NCBI GenBank assembly: GCA_951406725.2
Contig: OX597832.1
Coordinates: forward strand, 37,448,001-37,512,000
Length of the DNA stretch: 64,000 bases
Origin: Octopus vulgaris
Lineage: Eukaryota
Reading direction: 5' to 3'
Below, piece by piece: positions 14,445-28,054 of this stretch (the stretch's first letter is position 1; each line of letters starts with the position of its first letter). Under the pieces are notes generated by a model, which saw only the letters and a list, made by a program, of their open reading frames with translations, was not told where the DNA came from and did not search any database. The translations under genes and the position numbers were made by a program.

Positions 14445-15285
14445 ACTGGAGGTGAAACCTGGATTCTTCCTGTTATCACTCTTACAAGTCGAGGACCTCG
14501 AATTACTTTAGAGACTATTTGGGCAACATTCCAGATATCAGCCATCAAATCATGTGTTTTGCTTGACTCTGGACTGCATTTCTGTGACCATCAGTGGGAG
14601 GACATCCTTTCAAATCACACACCATATCCGTTGGCCACCCGACGGAACTTTGCGGACATCGCAGCCTCGATGCTTGTCTGCGCATTAGCAGGCACAACAT
14701 ACAAAGTTCTTTGTTGATCAAGTGGTGGACATTCTGACTTGTATATGGTTCACCCATAAGAAGTGAAAGCACAGAGGCTCCACTTTAGATGAAAACTGGA
14801 GCAGAGTTAACGACGGTTAACGAATAATAAACGATGGACGCAATGTAGACGTTTGGTAACACTTTCGGGGACAGATTTCTCTCAGCCCAATTCTGAGTAG
14901 GACGAGAAACCTTGCTCCGTAACATCATTTGTTTGTTTTCACGTAGAGATCTGGATCGAGCCAGAATCCAAACAACTTAACTGAACTATTGATCCAGAAT
15001 CAGATCATATTGCTGATGATTGGCACGGGCTTCAGTTTCAGACTTGCAGGCCCACTGATTTGTCCTGGTTAATGAGTACCTCTATTACCACATCATATTC
15101 TTTTAGTGTAGTGCCACCCATATTAATTTTGATGTGTCCAATTCTATGACAGTGTTGTCGTCTGCATATGCCAACGCAATACCCCAACCTTCCAGCACAA
15201 ACAAAGTACGTCCACAGTTACTCAAAGGCAAAAGCACACACAAGAAATATGTGATGGACAGGGCATACATTACCATGTGAAGCAT
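14445..15285 (-). pseudogene. Non-LTR retrotransposon (L1/Tx1-like) RT fragment, heavily decayed
   Basis: ORF 15103-15285 contains AYADDNTV. Downstream frames give INQDKSVGL, VKLFGFWLDPDL and LLMRRQASRLR, in the order expected for the Tx1/L1 RT C-terminal region. Confidence 0.7.
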
Positions 15286-15744
15286 TGTAGAGGGTCAAGT
15301 TGCCGCATGCCTCTAGTGTTGTATTGAGAAATGAGGACCAATCTGATGCGTTCAATATCGGTATCTGGCGCTGCTGTGCACGCAACCGTTTTCATTATGC
15401 TCGCCATTCTGCATCTAGACTTGCATTTATACATTATCAAATTTGGCAGCTTCATCACTATTTTTTGTCTTTTAATATGTAAATATCCTAGTTTGCAGTT
15501 AAAATGCAGGTAAAAGAAACATCGTCCATTTTCTATCACCGAATGGAGAAGAGATTCAATAAATCCCCAAAGTATTTTTCTTTTAAGTAATCCTGTGGAA
15601 AATGACTTATTAAGGATTCCGTGGAAAGCGTCTGCTTGGAGCTACATTGAATAGTAACAGTAATGATAAGGATGATGATGATGGTGGTGGTGATGATGAT
15701 AAAAATAATGGTAATGGTAGTAGTAGTAGTAGTAGTAATGGTTT

Positions 15745-16077
15745 CAGAGTTTAGCACAAGGGCAGCAATTTGGGGGGAGAGGATGAGTCGATTACATCAA
15801 CCCCAGTGTTCAACTGGTACTTATTTTATCGACCCCTAAAGGATGAAAGGTAAACTTAACCTCGGCATAATTTGAACTCAGAACGTAGCGACGGGCGAAA
15901 TGCTGCTTAGCAGTATTTTGTCCGCCTGAGTTCTAAGTTCCAATTCCGCCTAAGTTGACTTCGCCTTTCAAGCTTTCGGGGTTCGACAAAATTTAGTACC
16001 AGTTGAGCCCTGGGGTCGAATATAATCGACTCATTCCCTTCCCCGAACTTGCTGGCCGTGTACCAAAATTTGAAATC
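15745..16077. mobile_element. Two family C SINE copies in inverted, head-to-head arrangement
   Basis: About 15745-15925 is on the minus strand and about 15926-16077 is on the plus strand. They share the TCGAC/AGTACC/GAACTCAG blocks in opposite orientation. Confidence 0.8.
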
Positions 16078-16862
16078 ATTTTTACTCAATTAATTTACCA
16101 ACGAACTAATTAATTATTAAATCAATCAGGTGGTTAATCAGTGTCCTTTCGTCGCTAATGCCATCTCACCAACGACATGTCTTCGTTAATTGAGATGTGT
16201 CTCAAAGGATCAAGAATGCACTGAGCAAAATGACCCAGAGTAAGAGGATATGTTCACCTTGGGAGTTACAAACATTTATAGGTTCTTTAAATTTATGAAA
16301 CCGGATCATACAAATATCTAGTAGTAATTATAGGCAAACTAATGAAAGTTAGAGAGAGAGAGATAGAGAGAGAAAGAGAGAGAGGGAGAGAAACAGAGAG
16401 AGAGGGAGAGAAAGAGAGAGAAAGAGAAAGAGAGAGAGAAACTGAAATTGAAATATATATAAATTAATAACTGAATATATCATATTAAATATTGATTGTT
16501 AAAATAACAAAAGATTGTTTTTAAGCCGTAATTTATGTTGAGTCGAGTCACAGGTGTAAAATAATGACTGAAGCAATAAATAGATGTAAGAAAGGTGAGA
16601 CTGTGACATTAATAACAGAGAGATATGAAATAAAATGGTGGAAGATTGATTAAATAACAAATGTGACACAATGAGACTATTGTTGTTGGACTCTCGGTGA
16701 AGCAACGTAATAAATTTACTTCATGATATGCTCTCCCTTCCCATACCCCTCCTTTCTCTCTCTCCCCCCTCTCTCCCCCCTCTCTCTCTCATTCATTTAA
16801 AAAAATTTAAGCTTCGTATATTTCTTATATTCTTGGTAAACCAAATTGACCAGCTAGATGTT

Positions 16863-17871
16863 ATAATGTAGAAATAGAAAGGGTCTTCTAAGTAATATAG
16901 TTTTAGATACACTGTCTGACAAAAATCGTGATGGTCATGGATGGAATCATAAGGTCATAGGACTGCTGGGATTAGAGTTGACCTGAAATTAAACAACAAA
17001 AACAATAGCAATACTAATCTTGTTTAATCTCAGATCAGCTTTTATTCAGCAGACGTTTACTGAAAGACATTCTCGACATGGACATTTCGCCTTTTCTTCA
17101 AACATAGTCTACCTTGGAACACATTAACCTGCTGTGTACTTCATATTTGGTAGTCTTATGGATAATGGCTCAGCGGTTAGAGGATCGTGCTCACAATCAT
17201 GAGGTACTGAGTTCGATTTGTGGACCGTGCTGTGTTCTGTTTTGTGCAAGACATTTTATTTCATGTTGTTCCAGTTTGTTCATTTGTAGAAAAGAGTTGC
17301 GACTGGTACCAAGCTGTATCAGTCTCTGCTGTTCCTTTGGACAACATCCGTGGCGTGGAGTGGCAGAGGCTGGTATGCATGGGTCACTGCTGGTTTTCCA
17401 TTAACAACTTTCGACATGCAATCCCATGGTCATTCATGGCCGAAGGGGGATCTTTTTACAGATAAGATCCACATCATTGCTGATCCAGTAAACCGATGCC
17501 CAACAGAATTCTGGCTGTGGCCATCCCATATTTGGTTTAGGCGTAGTGCATCGAGGATTACATTATCTAATGTGAGCGTTTTCTTATCGTTGAAGTGTTA
17601 TTGTTTAACTCTAAACCAACTGAGGTTCAGCGGCTTTATGATCAAAAACATTCCAGCCATGACTCTCTCGACTTTTATAGTGTATCTTGGATTACATTAA
17701 CTTGTGTCTCCTTTCTTTAATATTGCTATTGTTTTTGTTGTTTAATTTCATGTCAACTCTAATCCCAGCAGTCCTATGACCTTATTATTCCATCCATGAC
17801 CATCCCGATTTTAGTCAGACAGTGTATCTAAAACTATATTACCTAGAAGACCCTTTCTATTTCTAGATTAT
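16863..17871. repeat. 151-bp inverted repeat (16863-17013 and 17721-17871) with a ~710-bp spacer
   Basis: Manual alignment gives 6 mismatches in 151 nt and no gaps. Confidence 0.92.
17160..17410 (+). mobile_element. tRNA-derived SINE, family A (older copy)
   Basis: Begins TGGCTCAGCGGTTAG...GAGTTCGATT; the body is colinear with 160-470. Confidence 0.8.
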
Positions 17872-18811
17872 GGGCTGTGTTTTGAGTGATTTAGTTCAAT
17901 TAACCTGTAAATGTCCCCTTGCTGCTCATGTCTCATGGAATTAGAATATTTTGGATGTAATTCAGTTAGGTGCTGATGTACAAAATGATGTACGCATAAA
18001 TCTCCTTAGTTGGAGAAAAACACCTTGCGGCAATTGTTTGCAACTCTTAATGGGAAAAGGGAGATAATTCCATGAAATCAAGAAAATGATTTGATAAATA
18101 TACTTTGTAGATAAAATTCCTTAAGACAACAAGACAATGTTTTACCGTTTCAAGTCTGTTCGATCAGCGAACAAAGGAGTTGTTGAAGAAGGGATGGAAA
18201 CATTATCGATAATATTAATTTGCATGATTTCAAAATATGAGACAAGGGAAACAACTCAAATGAACCGAAGTACGTTCATGAAAAATAATCGTTTACTGTT
18301 GTTGTTTTGTGAGTTCTTTTTGAAATTGACATAGAATTCTTGAAAAATCTGATTTATACCATCATGAGAACATTAACAATTACAACAACAACAGCAGGTA
18401 GAAATAGTATAAATTGAGCAGAAATTCAGCAACGCAAGGCGGTGTAACAGCAAGAACATGGACGGCAACGACGACGACGACGACAACGAAGATAACATCA
18501 ACAACGAAAGCAACAACAGGAAGGACCAAAACAACATGAAGACTGGCACCGACGTAGTTCTGCGATTCACATTGTTGCTACTGTTGTTGTTGTTGTTGTT
18601 GCTGTTTCTCTTCAAGATATCATCGGTCTTCAAGTTGTTGTTGTGGTAAAAAGTAGAAATTGTATAACTAGCAAGAAAAAACCACGGCAGGTCGCAGAGA
18701 AAGAAAGAAACAACCAACAACAACAATAGCAGTAGCAGCAGCAGCAGCACGGGAGTCTGTACAGCATTAGTAATAGAATGGACCACAACAATAACAAGAC
18801 CAATTACAACA

Positions 18812-18853
<42 letters not shown>

Positions 18854-18856
18854 GTA

Positions 18857-18955
<99 letters not shown>

Positions 18956-19252
18956 GTATTTGCTAAAGGTTTCGTTAAGTATTATTGCAATGCATCATTG
19001 AAGAGTTATAAAAACGGCATCGATGATGATTGTGGTGGTGGGTGAGAGGGAGAAGGAGGGGAGGAGGAGGAAGAGGAAGAATGTAATGAAGAGGTGAAGA
19101 GGATGATGATAATGATGCTAGTGGATGCGATGGTGGTGGTGGTGGTGGTGGCGGTGCAGCTGATGATAATGATCTAGAAAGAGAAGGGGAAATATAGCGA
19201 GAACAGAAAGGGAGAGGAAGGCTGAAAGAGGGAGAGAGAGAGAGGAGAGAGA

Positions 19253-19325
<73 letters not shown>

Positions 19326-19901
19326 CAACATAAAGACATTTGAACGGGGAATGGAGGAGGGACGGCTACGTTTATTTTTACACACAAGCTTTTCGTTTTT
19401 CGGGATGTGAATTCTACCAATAATTGGATTTCGAATATCAATGCGAACTACTAATGTCTTCGACTTTGGACTGTTGCCTGTTGACCACGGGCACATTGCT
19501 TTTCAGTTCTCTTAATTTACCTTCTCAATGGGTGGCATTCTTGCGTAAGCAGAAAACCATTTCCTGCTTCTCACATACAATATCTCTGCATTATGCCTCG
19601 TTTTGCTTGGGTCTTTGGCATAGAAGAATAGCGTTGTCGAGTTCATAATGTGTGTGTGTGTTTGTGTATGCGTGTGTGTGTGTGTAGGTGTATGTGTGCG
19701 TACATACAAATGTGTGCGTGTCTGTGAATGCATATGTATGTAAACGGATACATACACACGCATTGTATATATGTATTTATATGCATATTTACAGACTGAA
19801 ATTTATAAACACATGCATACACACATAAGCACACACATGTATACATATCTGTAAGTATGTATATACATATGCATATATATATATATGCATATATATACAT
19901 A

Positions 19902-19956
<55 letters not shown>

Positions 19957-20152
19957 GTATATATATATATATGTATATATACATACATACATATATATAT
20001 ACATATATATGTGTTTGTGTATGCATGTGAATGTATATATTTATATGCATGCATTTGTACAAATACGCACATATATGTATGTGTGTATATGTAGATATAT
20101 ATACTACGCTTACACATCTATACATATATCTATATCTATCTATCTATCTATA

Positions 20153-20204
<52 letters not shown>

Positions 20205-20381
20205 AATATTTTGTGTGTATATATATATGTGTGTGTGTGTGCGTGTGTGTGTGTATGTGGAGAGAGAAGCTGTAGAGACACCGTAAGAGAAAGAGCAATG
20301 TGTAGTGAAAGAGTGTAGTAGAAGCGAAAGCAAGGTATAAAAACTAAAGAGAAAACGATGTGTGCATGTGTGTGTGTGTGA

Positions 20382-20428
<47 letters not shown>

Positions 20429-20837
20429 TGTGTGCGTATGTGATGAAAGAAAGACATAAATACACAATCAAACAATCAAAGTAAGAAAGGAAAAAATGCC
20501 AAACTACAAGGAAAAAATATAAGTAAATGTGTAAGAAAGTGTAAGGAAGGAAAAAATATACAGCGTCTTTGAAGATGCTACATAGTGTACTAAGAATGGC
20601 CAGGGGTGGCGGGTATGAGAGGAGAAGGAGAAGTTTATAGAGATACGTTATCGTTTCGAAAACTAGTCTGTGAAACTTGAAAGAATAGTTCAAATTAGGA
20701 AAATTAGAGTGCATGCGTGTAATACATACATGTGTATGTATATGTATGACTGCATGTATGCATGTACATGCATGCTTATATCTATATATTTATACAGACA
20801 TACATAATACATAGACACACACTTGCATATATTTGAA

Positions 20838-20900
<63 letters not shown>

Positions 20901-21937
20901 GTATGCATATTTGACCATGAAATAACATGCTTTTGATGCAACTATACTCACGTACATATGCGTGCATACATTTGGAAATATAAATGTGTGAATACAAAGT
21001 TTACTTAAAGTGTGCAGTAGAGTTATATATTTGTCTGGATTTGTTGATTGCATTGCTACTTAGATCTCTGGTTCAGGCAATGGGGGCAAAAACTGAAATT
21101 TTTTTCGGCCCTTTTAAGATCAATCTTCATTTGTCATTATCGCCCGTATGAATGATCCTAGTATTCTTAATGGAGACAAATTTCAAACACATGGTACCTG
21201 CTTGGTACTTGTGTCCAAGTGCTTGGTCCTTGTGGCCCTCGCACCTATGATAGTGGGGGGGATTACTATTGTAGACAGAAGGGTGCAATTGGTGTGTTGA
21301 AAGAGAAACTAACCTATTTGAATCTTTAAAGGAGGCGAGAAGAATTTCATTTGATGGCATGATGACAACAATTAATGCCATTGACAAACAATTTTACTCT
21401 ATGTTAGGCTGTGGAATTCCTGAAATAGACAATAAGTGTATCTTCACATTCCATTCGTGTACAATCTTATGTGTTAATTTGGGATCACACTGTCTGTTAA
21501 TTTCCAAACATTAAAATGAATACTTCCTCCGAACCTAAATGAATGTATGTGATGATTGAAGCTAACTTTAAAAATGTTTCCAGTAAATAACGAATGATTC
21601 CTCTTGGTTACTAAACTTCCTCTCTATACCGCTATCCTACAAAATGCAAGATTATTCTCCAGATGCAGATAACTAGTTAAGGTTTAACTGGGTGGGTGCC
21701 GTAAATCGTCGTCAAAGTTGTGATATCTGTGTTGTTGGGGGACCGCAGTGTTGGCAATTAGACGCGTACTACAGAGCGTTTTAAACGACATAATCTTTCA
21801 CTTTCTGTTTCTTTTCGTGTGTTTCCTAATTCCCATTGAAGCGACTTCAAGATAAAACGAGGAAATGGCGATAAAATGTTTAAAATTTTCCTATTACACC
21901 ATATTGTATATCCTATTTTACCCTATCTTATATTATG

Positions 21938-22153
<216 letters not shown>

Positions 22154-23349
22154 TTATCAGTCTGTTTGTCTGCATGTCTGCCCACCTATCTATCTATGTG
22201 TGTGATTTATTTGTGTGTGAATTTATACAATAAGGATAAGACATCAACGGTAATAGTTTTCTTTTATTAGTTTGACGCTGAATGACTAATGAAAAGAAGC
22301 GTTTGGCGTTTTATCCTTGCTTGATATCGAGAGAAAAGGCTAAGTGAGGTGAAGAGAGTAGGGGAGAAAGAAAGCAAGACTCGAGTTATCTCTATGTATT
22401 TATGAGGTTATCACATTTTGTGTGAAGCTTAAATAGGAAGATAAAGAAAGTGGTTTGAACGTGAGAGAGCTCACAAAAGACTGTTAGGTAGTGTATGTAT
22501 ACGTTTTTCAAAACTGTTCTTTCGCGTGTATTTTGCGTAAAGTTAAACAGGCGCACGCATGATTTTTTTTTTGTATACGGTGTGGGCGAGTGCGCGTAAG
22601 TGTGTGTGTGTGTGTGTGTGTGAGAGTGTGCGTGTATGTGTGTGTGTGTGTGTGAATGTTTTTGTCGAGTTGTGGCGGTTTTTATGTATGGTGTGTGTCC
22701 CTACAACTCAGCCACTATACACACAAGCGCACATCATACGCGCAATATACACAGACAGACTAATCAGAGTCACACACCGCTTTATATTTATACATACATA
22801 TTTATACATACATGCATACATACATACATACTCTGAATACATAAGTAGAAACACACACATTCCTTTACTACTGGCACAAACACTCGCGCTCGCACACACA
22901 CACACACACACATCTTATGCACACAGCAAATATACAGGTGCTCTCACACACCTATCTTTATGACACACTAATCCGTTCGGCTCAACCAATACGTACGTCA
23001 ATATCTATTTTCTACACAAACAACGACACAACTACACACCACATACATACACATTCCAAGTACGTGCTAAAAGGATATATATACATGCAGGCGTGCCTGC
23101 GTGATAAGGAGCTTGCTTGCCAATCACATGGTACCGGGTTCAGTCCCACTGCTTGTCTTCTATCATAAACTCGAGCCGACCAAAGCCATATGAGTGGACT
23201 TGGTTAGACGGAAACCGAAAGAAGCTCGTCGTATGTGTGTGTGTGTATGTGTGTGTATGTATGTATGTATGTATGTATGTACGTACGTATGTATGTATGT
23301 ATGTATGTATGTATGTATGTATGTATGTATGTATGTATGTATCTATCTA

Positions 23350-23446
<97 letters not shown>

Positions 23447-23506
23447 TTACAGAATGAGATAAAAATCCAAGGCTGTATAGATTCCAGAACATTTATAAAG
23501 AGAAGG

Positions 23507-23552
23507 TCTTACAGCTGTTTCCGGGATATTTTATAAATCCCTTCATCAGAGA
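23507..23552 (-). ncRNA. Minimal type-I hammerhead ribozyme motif
   Basis: TCT-CTGATGA-A-GGGAT[TTATAAAAT]ATCCC-G-GAAAC-AGCT-GTA-AGA. The core is canonical, stem III is the palindrome ACAGCTGT, and the cleavage triplet is GUA. Confidence 0.75.
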
Positions 23553-23655
23553 TGGTGTGAGAAAATGGTTAAGCAATAGTTATTCTAGATAAACCCGAAA
23601 CGTCTAACACTTCTTTTCTTCTAGAATAACTATTACTTAACCATCTTCTCACACC

Positions 23656-23703
23656 GTCTCCGATGAAGCGATATATAAAATATCCCGGAAACAGCTGTAA
23701 GAC
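23656..23703 (+). ncRNA. Hammerhead motif, mutated inverted copy
   Basis: GTCT-CCGATGA-A-GCGAT..ATCCC-G-GAAACAGCTGTA-AGAC. It has a U4C change and one stem II mismatch. Confidence 0.55.
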
Positions 23704-23929
23704 CTTCTATTTATAAATGCTCAGAATTTTTTAGTTTTGGATTTTTAGCTCATTCTGTAATTATTTTATATATATATACATGCTGACATATGACCTACGT
23801 CGGACTCCTCATTCACATAATCACCGAAGCTGGAGCTTAAATATAGTCTGTCCATAGCACTTACTCAGCATTACCTGACACCGTTGGGTCTTCTTGACAC
23901 CATTACCTCTCATAATCTATATATATAGA

Positions 23930-24271
23930 GTAATGATTAGAAATTCTTTTAGATAACTGAGAAGATGAACTGCCTATATAAAAAATACTTCATTAATCAG
24001 AAGTAATTTTACACCGGTATATAGAATTTTTAATTTTAGAGTTACTTGACGTAAACTTGATTCTGTTGTAATTGACTTCAGATACCATCCACCAACTAGA
24101 AATATTAATAACAAGGTATCTTAAGTCAATTACAACAGAATCAAGTTTATGTCAAGTAAATCTAAAATTAAAAATTCTATGTACCGGTGTAAAATTACTT
24201 CTGGTAATGAAGTATTCTTTTATATAGGCAGTTCATCTTCTCAGTTATCTAAAAGAATTTTTAATCATTAC
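23930..24271. repeat. 157-bp fold-back (23930-24086 and 24115-24271) of GIY-YIG coding sequence
   Basis: The arms are reverse complements with a 28-bp spacer. Confidence 0.9.
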
Positions 24272-24385
24272 ACTATATTTAGGAATAGGAATAAGCTTAA
24301 TAGTACAGGGCTTAGTAAATTAATTTGGTATCTAAAAGACCACAATAAACAATTTAATTTAGATTGGTTGATTCTATCAATACCT
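24149..24385 (+). pseudogene. PLE GIY-YIG endonuclease fragment, 3'-truncated into (TA)n
   Basis: Reads MYRCKI...FYIG...LSKRIFNH...STGLSKLIWYLK...W.ILS. By manual count 43 of 73 residues are identical to the 28700-29098 fragment. Confidence 0.85.
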
Positions 24386-24402
24386 TATCTATCGATACCT
24401 TA

Positions 24403-24452
<50 letters not shown>

Positions 24453-24626
24453 AATGTATATCATATGTATATATATCATATAATATATATAATATAAATG
24501 TATATCATATGTATATATATATAATATATATAATATAAATATATATCATATGTAGATATATCATATAATATATATAATATATATATATATCATATGTATA
24601 TATATCATATATGTAAATGTATATAT

Positions 24627-24663
<37 letters not shown>

Positions 24664-24847
24664 TATGTATATATATATCATATAAGTATAATGTATATAT
24701 ATATATATATATATCATATGTATATATATCGTATATATATATATATATATATATCATATGTATACATATCATATATGTATAATAGGTATATATATATCAT
24801 ATGTATATATATCATATATATATATATATATATATCATAGATATATA

Positions 24848-24891
<44 letters not shown>

Positions 24892-24901
24892 TATATATAT
24901 A

Positions 24902-25062
24902 TTTCTGTGTTTTTCTCTCTCTGTGTATCTTTCTGTTGAAGAGCGTAGGCTCGAAACGTTAAAGACTTGTTTTATTTATATTTCCTGAGCGCCATACTAA
25001 TACAATTGTTCGTTTGTTTTCCACCTGCCTTCGTCTTTTGTTTATTTTCATAAAGCTTCCCG

Positions 25063-25063
<1 letters not shown>
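24902..25063 (+). mobile_element. Short hammerhead-bearing element (family H1) embedded in (TA)n
   Basis: Colinear with 62948-63156 on the opposite strand, and flanked by (TA)n on both sides. Confidence 0.8.
24928..24965 (+). ncRNA. Minimal hammerhead motif, U6 variant
   Basis: TCTTT-CTGTTGA-A-GAGC[GTAG]GCTC-GAAAC-GTT-AAAGA. Confidence 0.6.
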
Positions 25064-25095
<32 letters not shown>

Positions 25096-25706
25096 GATGT
25101 AAGTACGTACATATATGTTTGTATGTATGCATATATTTTATTTATTACACTATATATATATATATATATATCATGTGTCATATACATGTATCGAATTGGG
25201 ATGCTATTTTAATACTAACGGAAGCACGTTTCACTCTCCCCACATTGGTATCAGTTGGGTTGTCGTGAAATATTGGTCCAAAAGAGTAGCATTTAACTTT
25301 ATCTGTAACAAAATCGTACCTATTATCGACAGTCTGTGCGAGTGTGTGTGTGTGAGAGAGAGAGGGAGATAGAGAATACTTCCATGAAGCTCTGTATTAA
25401 TATAATGTTTGAGAAATATAGCGTACTTCTATATACAAACATAACACTGCGCATGTCAGACCTGTAGACATTCATGTAAATAAAGAACGGACACCCACTG
25501 GATTAATCATTCATATGTTTGCAAACCTATACGCACACACTCACACACACACTCACACACACACTCACACACACAGACACACGCACACTCACACACACAC
25601 AGATATGCGCACGTACTCAAACATACGCAGACGTACACATGCGCATACACATATCTGCAGACATCATATCGTAGCCATCACGGTATGTATCAGCTTGCCT
25701 CTCTAA

Positions 25707-25778
<72 letters not shown>

Positions 25779-25813
25779 GTACATACCTATGCTCACAAAC
25801 ACACGCTCACAGT

Positions 25814-25852
<39 letters not shown>

Positions 25853-26524
25853 TATGCACATCCATAATCTATATATTTCACGTAAATACTTACATCGAGA
25901 GTAAAAAACAAAATGAAGAAATGACAAACCATACATACAAAAGAAACCAGCACAGATGTGCTTCCATACATTCAAGCACGTATTATGCACAGTCATTTTT
26001 GCACATAGATCTGCATGAATGCGAGTTGGTTCGTTATTTTCACATAGATTCTTTACCTTGGTTTGTTTTATTTCCTTTTTTCTTCTCCTCGTTGTTTTGC
26101 CTGTTTGAATATATCTGCATGGGTCATAGATCCACAGGCAGAAGAAGTTTCAAAGGGAAATGGTGAAAATTAACAAAAGTTTTTTTTGTTATATCAATGA
26201 ACGAGATAAAGGGTTTGGGTATCGGAAAACTGGCACAATGCTCTCCAATTGTACTGCAGGAAAACGACGTAGATTGTATACTTACTCTATGCATGTATGT
26301 ATGTATGTATGTATGTATGTATGTATGTATGTATGTATGTATGTATGTATGTATGTATGTATGTATGTATGTATGTATGTATGTATGTATGTATGTATGT
26401 ATGTGTATGTACGTATGTATGTATGTATGTATGTATGTATGTATGTATGTCATATGTTTATATGTATTTACACATGACTGTGTATGTGGTGTATATATAT
26501 ATATATATATATGTATGTGTATAT

Positions 26525-26615
<91 letters not shown>

Positions 26616-26654
26616 CATATTATATATATATTATATATATATACATATATATTA

Positions 26655-26685
<31 letters not shown>

Positions 26686-26710
26686 ATATGTATATATGTA
26701 TATATATATG

Positions 26711-26764
<54 letters not shown>

Positions 26765-27578
26765 GTATATATGTATATGGTGTCAATTTATGTAGGGGAA
26801 ACTATTGCTTTTGGAGACAAAGAGAAAAAATTACAGTGGAAATAATTGGAATGTGGAGGAGGAGACAATTTAGTAATCGTGAGACATATGTGTGTGTGTG
26901 TGTGTGTTCCTAGGTATATATGTGTATATGTCAGAATGTGCGTGAGTGAGAGTGAGAGTGCGAGAGAAGGAGAGAGGGAGAGAGAGAGAGAGAGCGAGAG
27001 AGAACATGTATGTGTGTAGATATGTATAGTATATAAAGAAAAAGACTGGTAGATATTTATTCGCATAGGCTCGTCTATTCTTATATAGGTATAATGATAA
27101 AATGATAAGTAGATAGGCAAACAGGCCGATAAGTTAATATATAGATGAAGAGAGGTAGATACACTTATATACAGAAGAGAGCCTTGGAAATAGGCTCACA
27201 GTTACAAGGCACCTACGTACACGAAAGGCTCACGTACTTAAGCTTTGCGAGTCATTTATAGTCAAATTGCTCAACAAATGTTCATATAGATGATCATTTA
27301 TTCAAACTTTCAATACATACAGATTTGGAAGATAACGGTTAAATCATGCTGGTTTCCTTCTCAACCTTGCTACCAAGCTGGCGGCCGGTCAAAACTTGCT
27401 CTAAATTAAAAAGAGAAAGAGAAATAGATACATACGTACGTAGTGCATAAAAGGTTACAAATATATATATATACATACATATGTACACACATACATAAGT
27501 GCCAGTCAAGCACAGGGGTCGATGTAATCCACTAACTTCTCCCACAAAATTTCAGGCCTTGCTCCTGTAATAGAAAGG

Positions 27579-27638
<60 letters not shown>

Positions 27639-27719
27639 GATACATACATACATACATACATACATACATACATACATACATACATACATACGTACATACA
27701 TACATACATATATATATAA

Positions 27720-27927
27720 ATGTAACCGAGTGTGTACCGTTGGCGTTGTTTTTCCTCCGTCTTCCCTTCTTTGGATCTTTCTTTTTCCTCAGTTTCTGAC
27801 GAAGAGCTCCGCTCGAAACGTTAAACCCTCCTTTCCTTCTTTCTTGAGCGTCCAATAATACTATACTTGTTCCACGTCCTCGCGTTGTTGTGTTTTCTCT
27901 TTGTGTTTTCATGTTTGGATTAACTCC
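27720..27927 (+). mobile_element. Short hammerhead-bearing element related to family H1
   Basis: Lies between (TA)n/(TACA)n and a TA-rich tract. The hammerhead is followed by TGAGCG..AATA, as in H1. Confidence 0.7.
27792..27826 (+). ncRNA. Minimal hammerhead ribozyme motif
   Basis: GTTT-CTGACGA-A-GAGC[TCC]GCTC-GAAAC-GTT-AAAC. The core is canonical and stem III is the loopless palindrome ACGT. Confidence 0.75.
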
Positions 27928-27946
27928 ATATATGTGTGCATATATG

Positions 27947-27999
<53 letters not shown>

Positions 28000-28054
28000 A
28001 AATTATAAGTATATGAAAGAATGGAGTTGAACGACTAGTTAACAAATATCCTTT

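Larger units (their letters stand above)
23447..23760. repeat. Fold-back of PLE terminal-repeat-like sequence (arms 23447-23589 and 23620-23760)
   Basis: The ~140-bp arms are reverse complements with a 30-bp spacer. Each arm carries a hammerhead motif and ends at a TA-rich tract. Confidence 0.88.
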
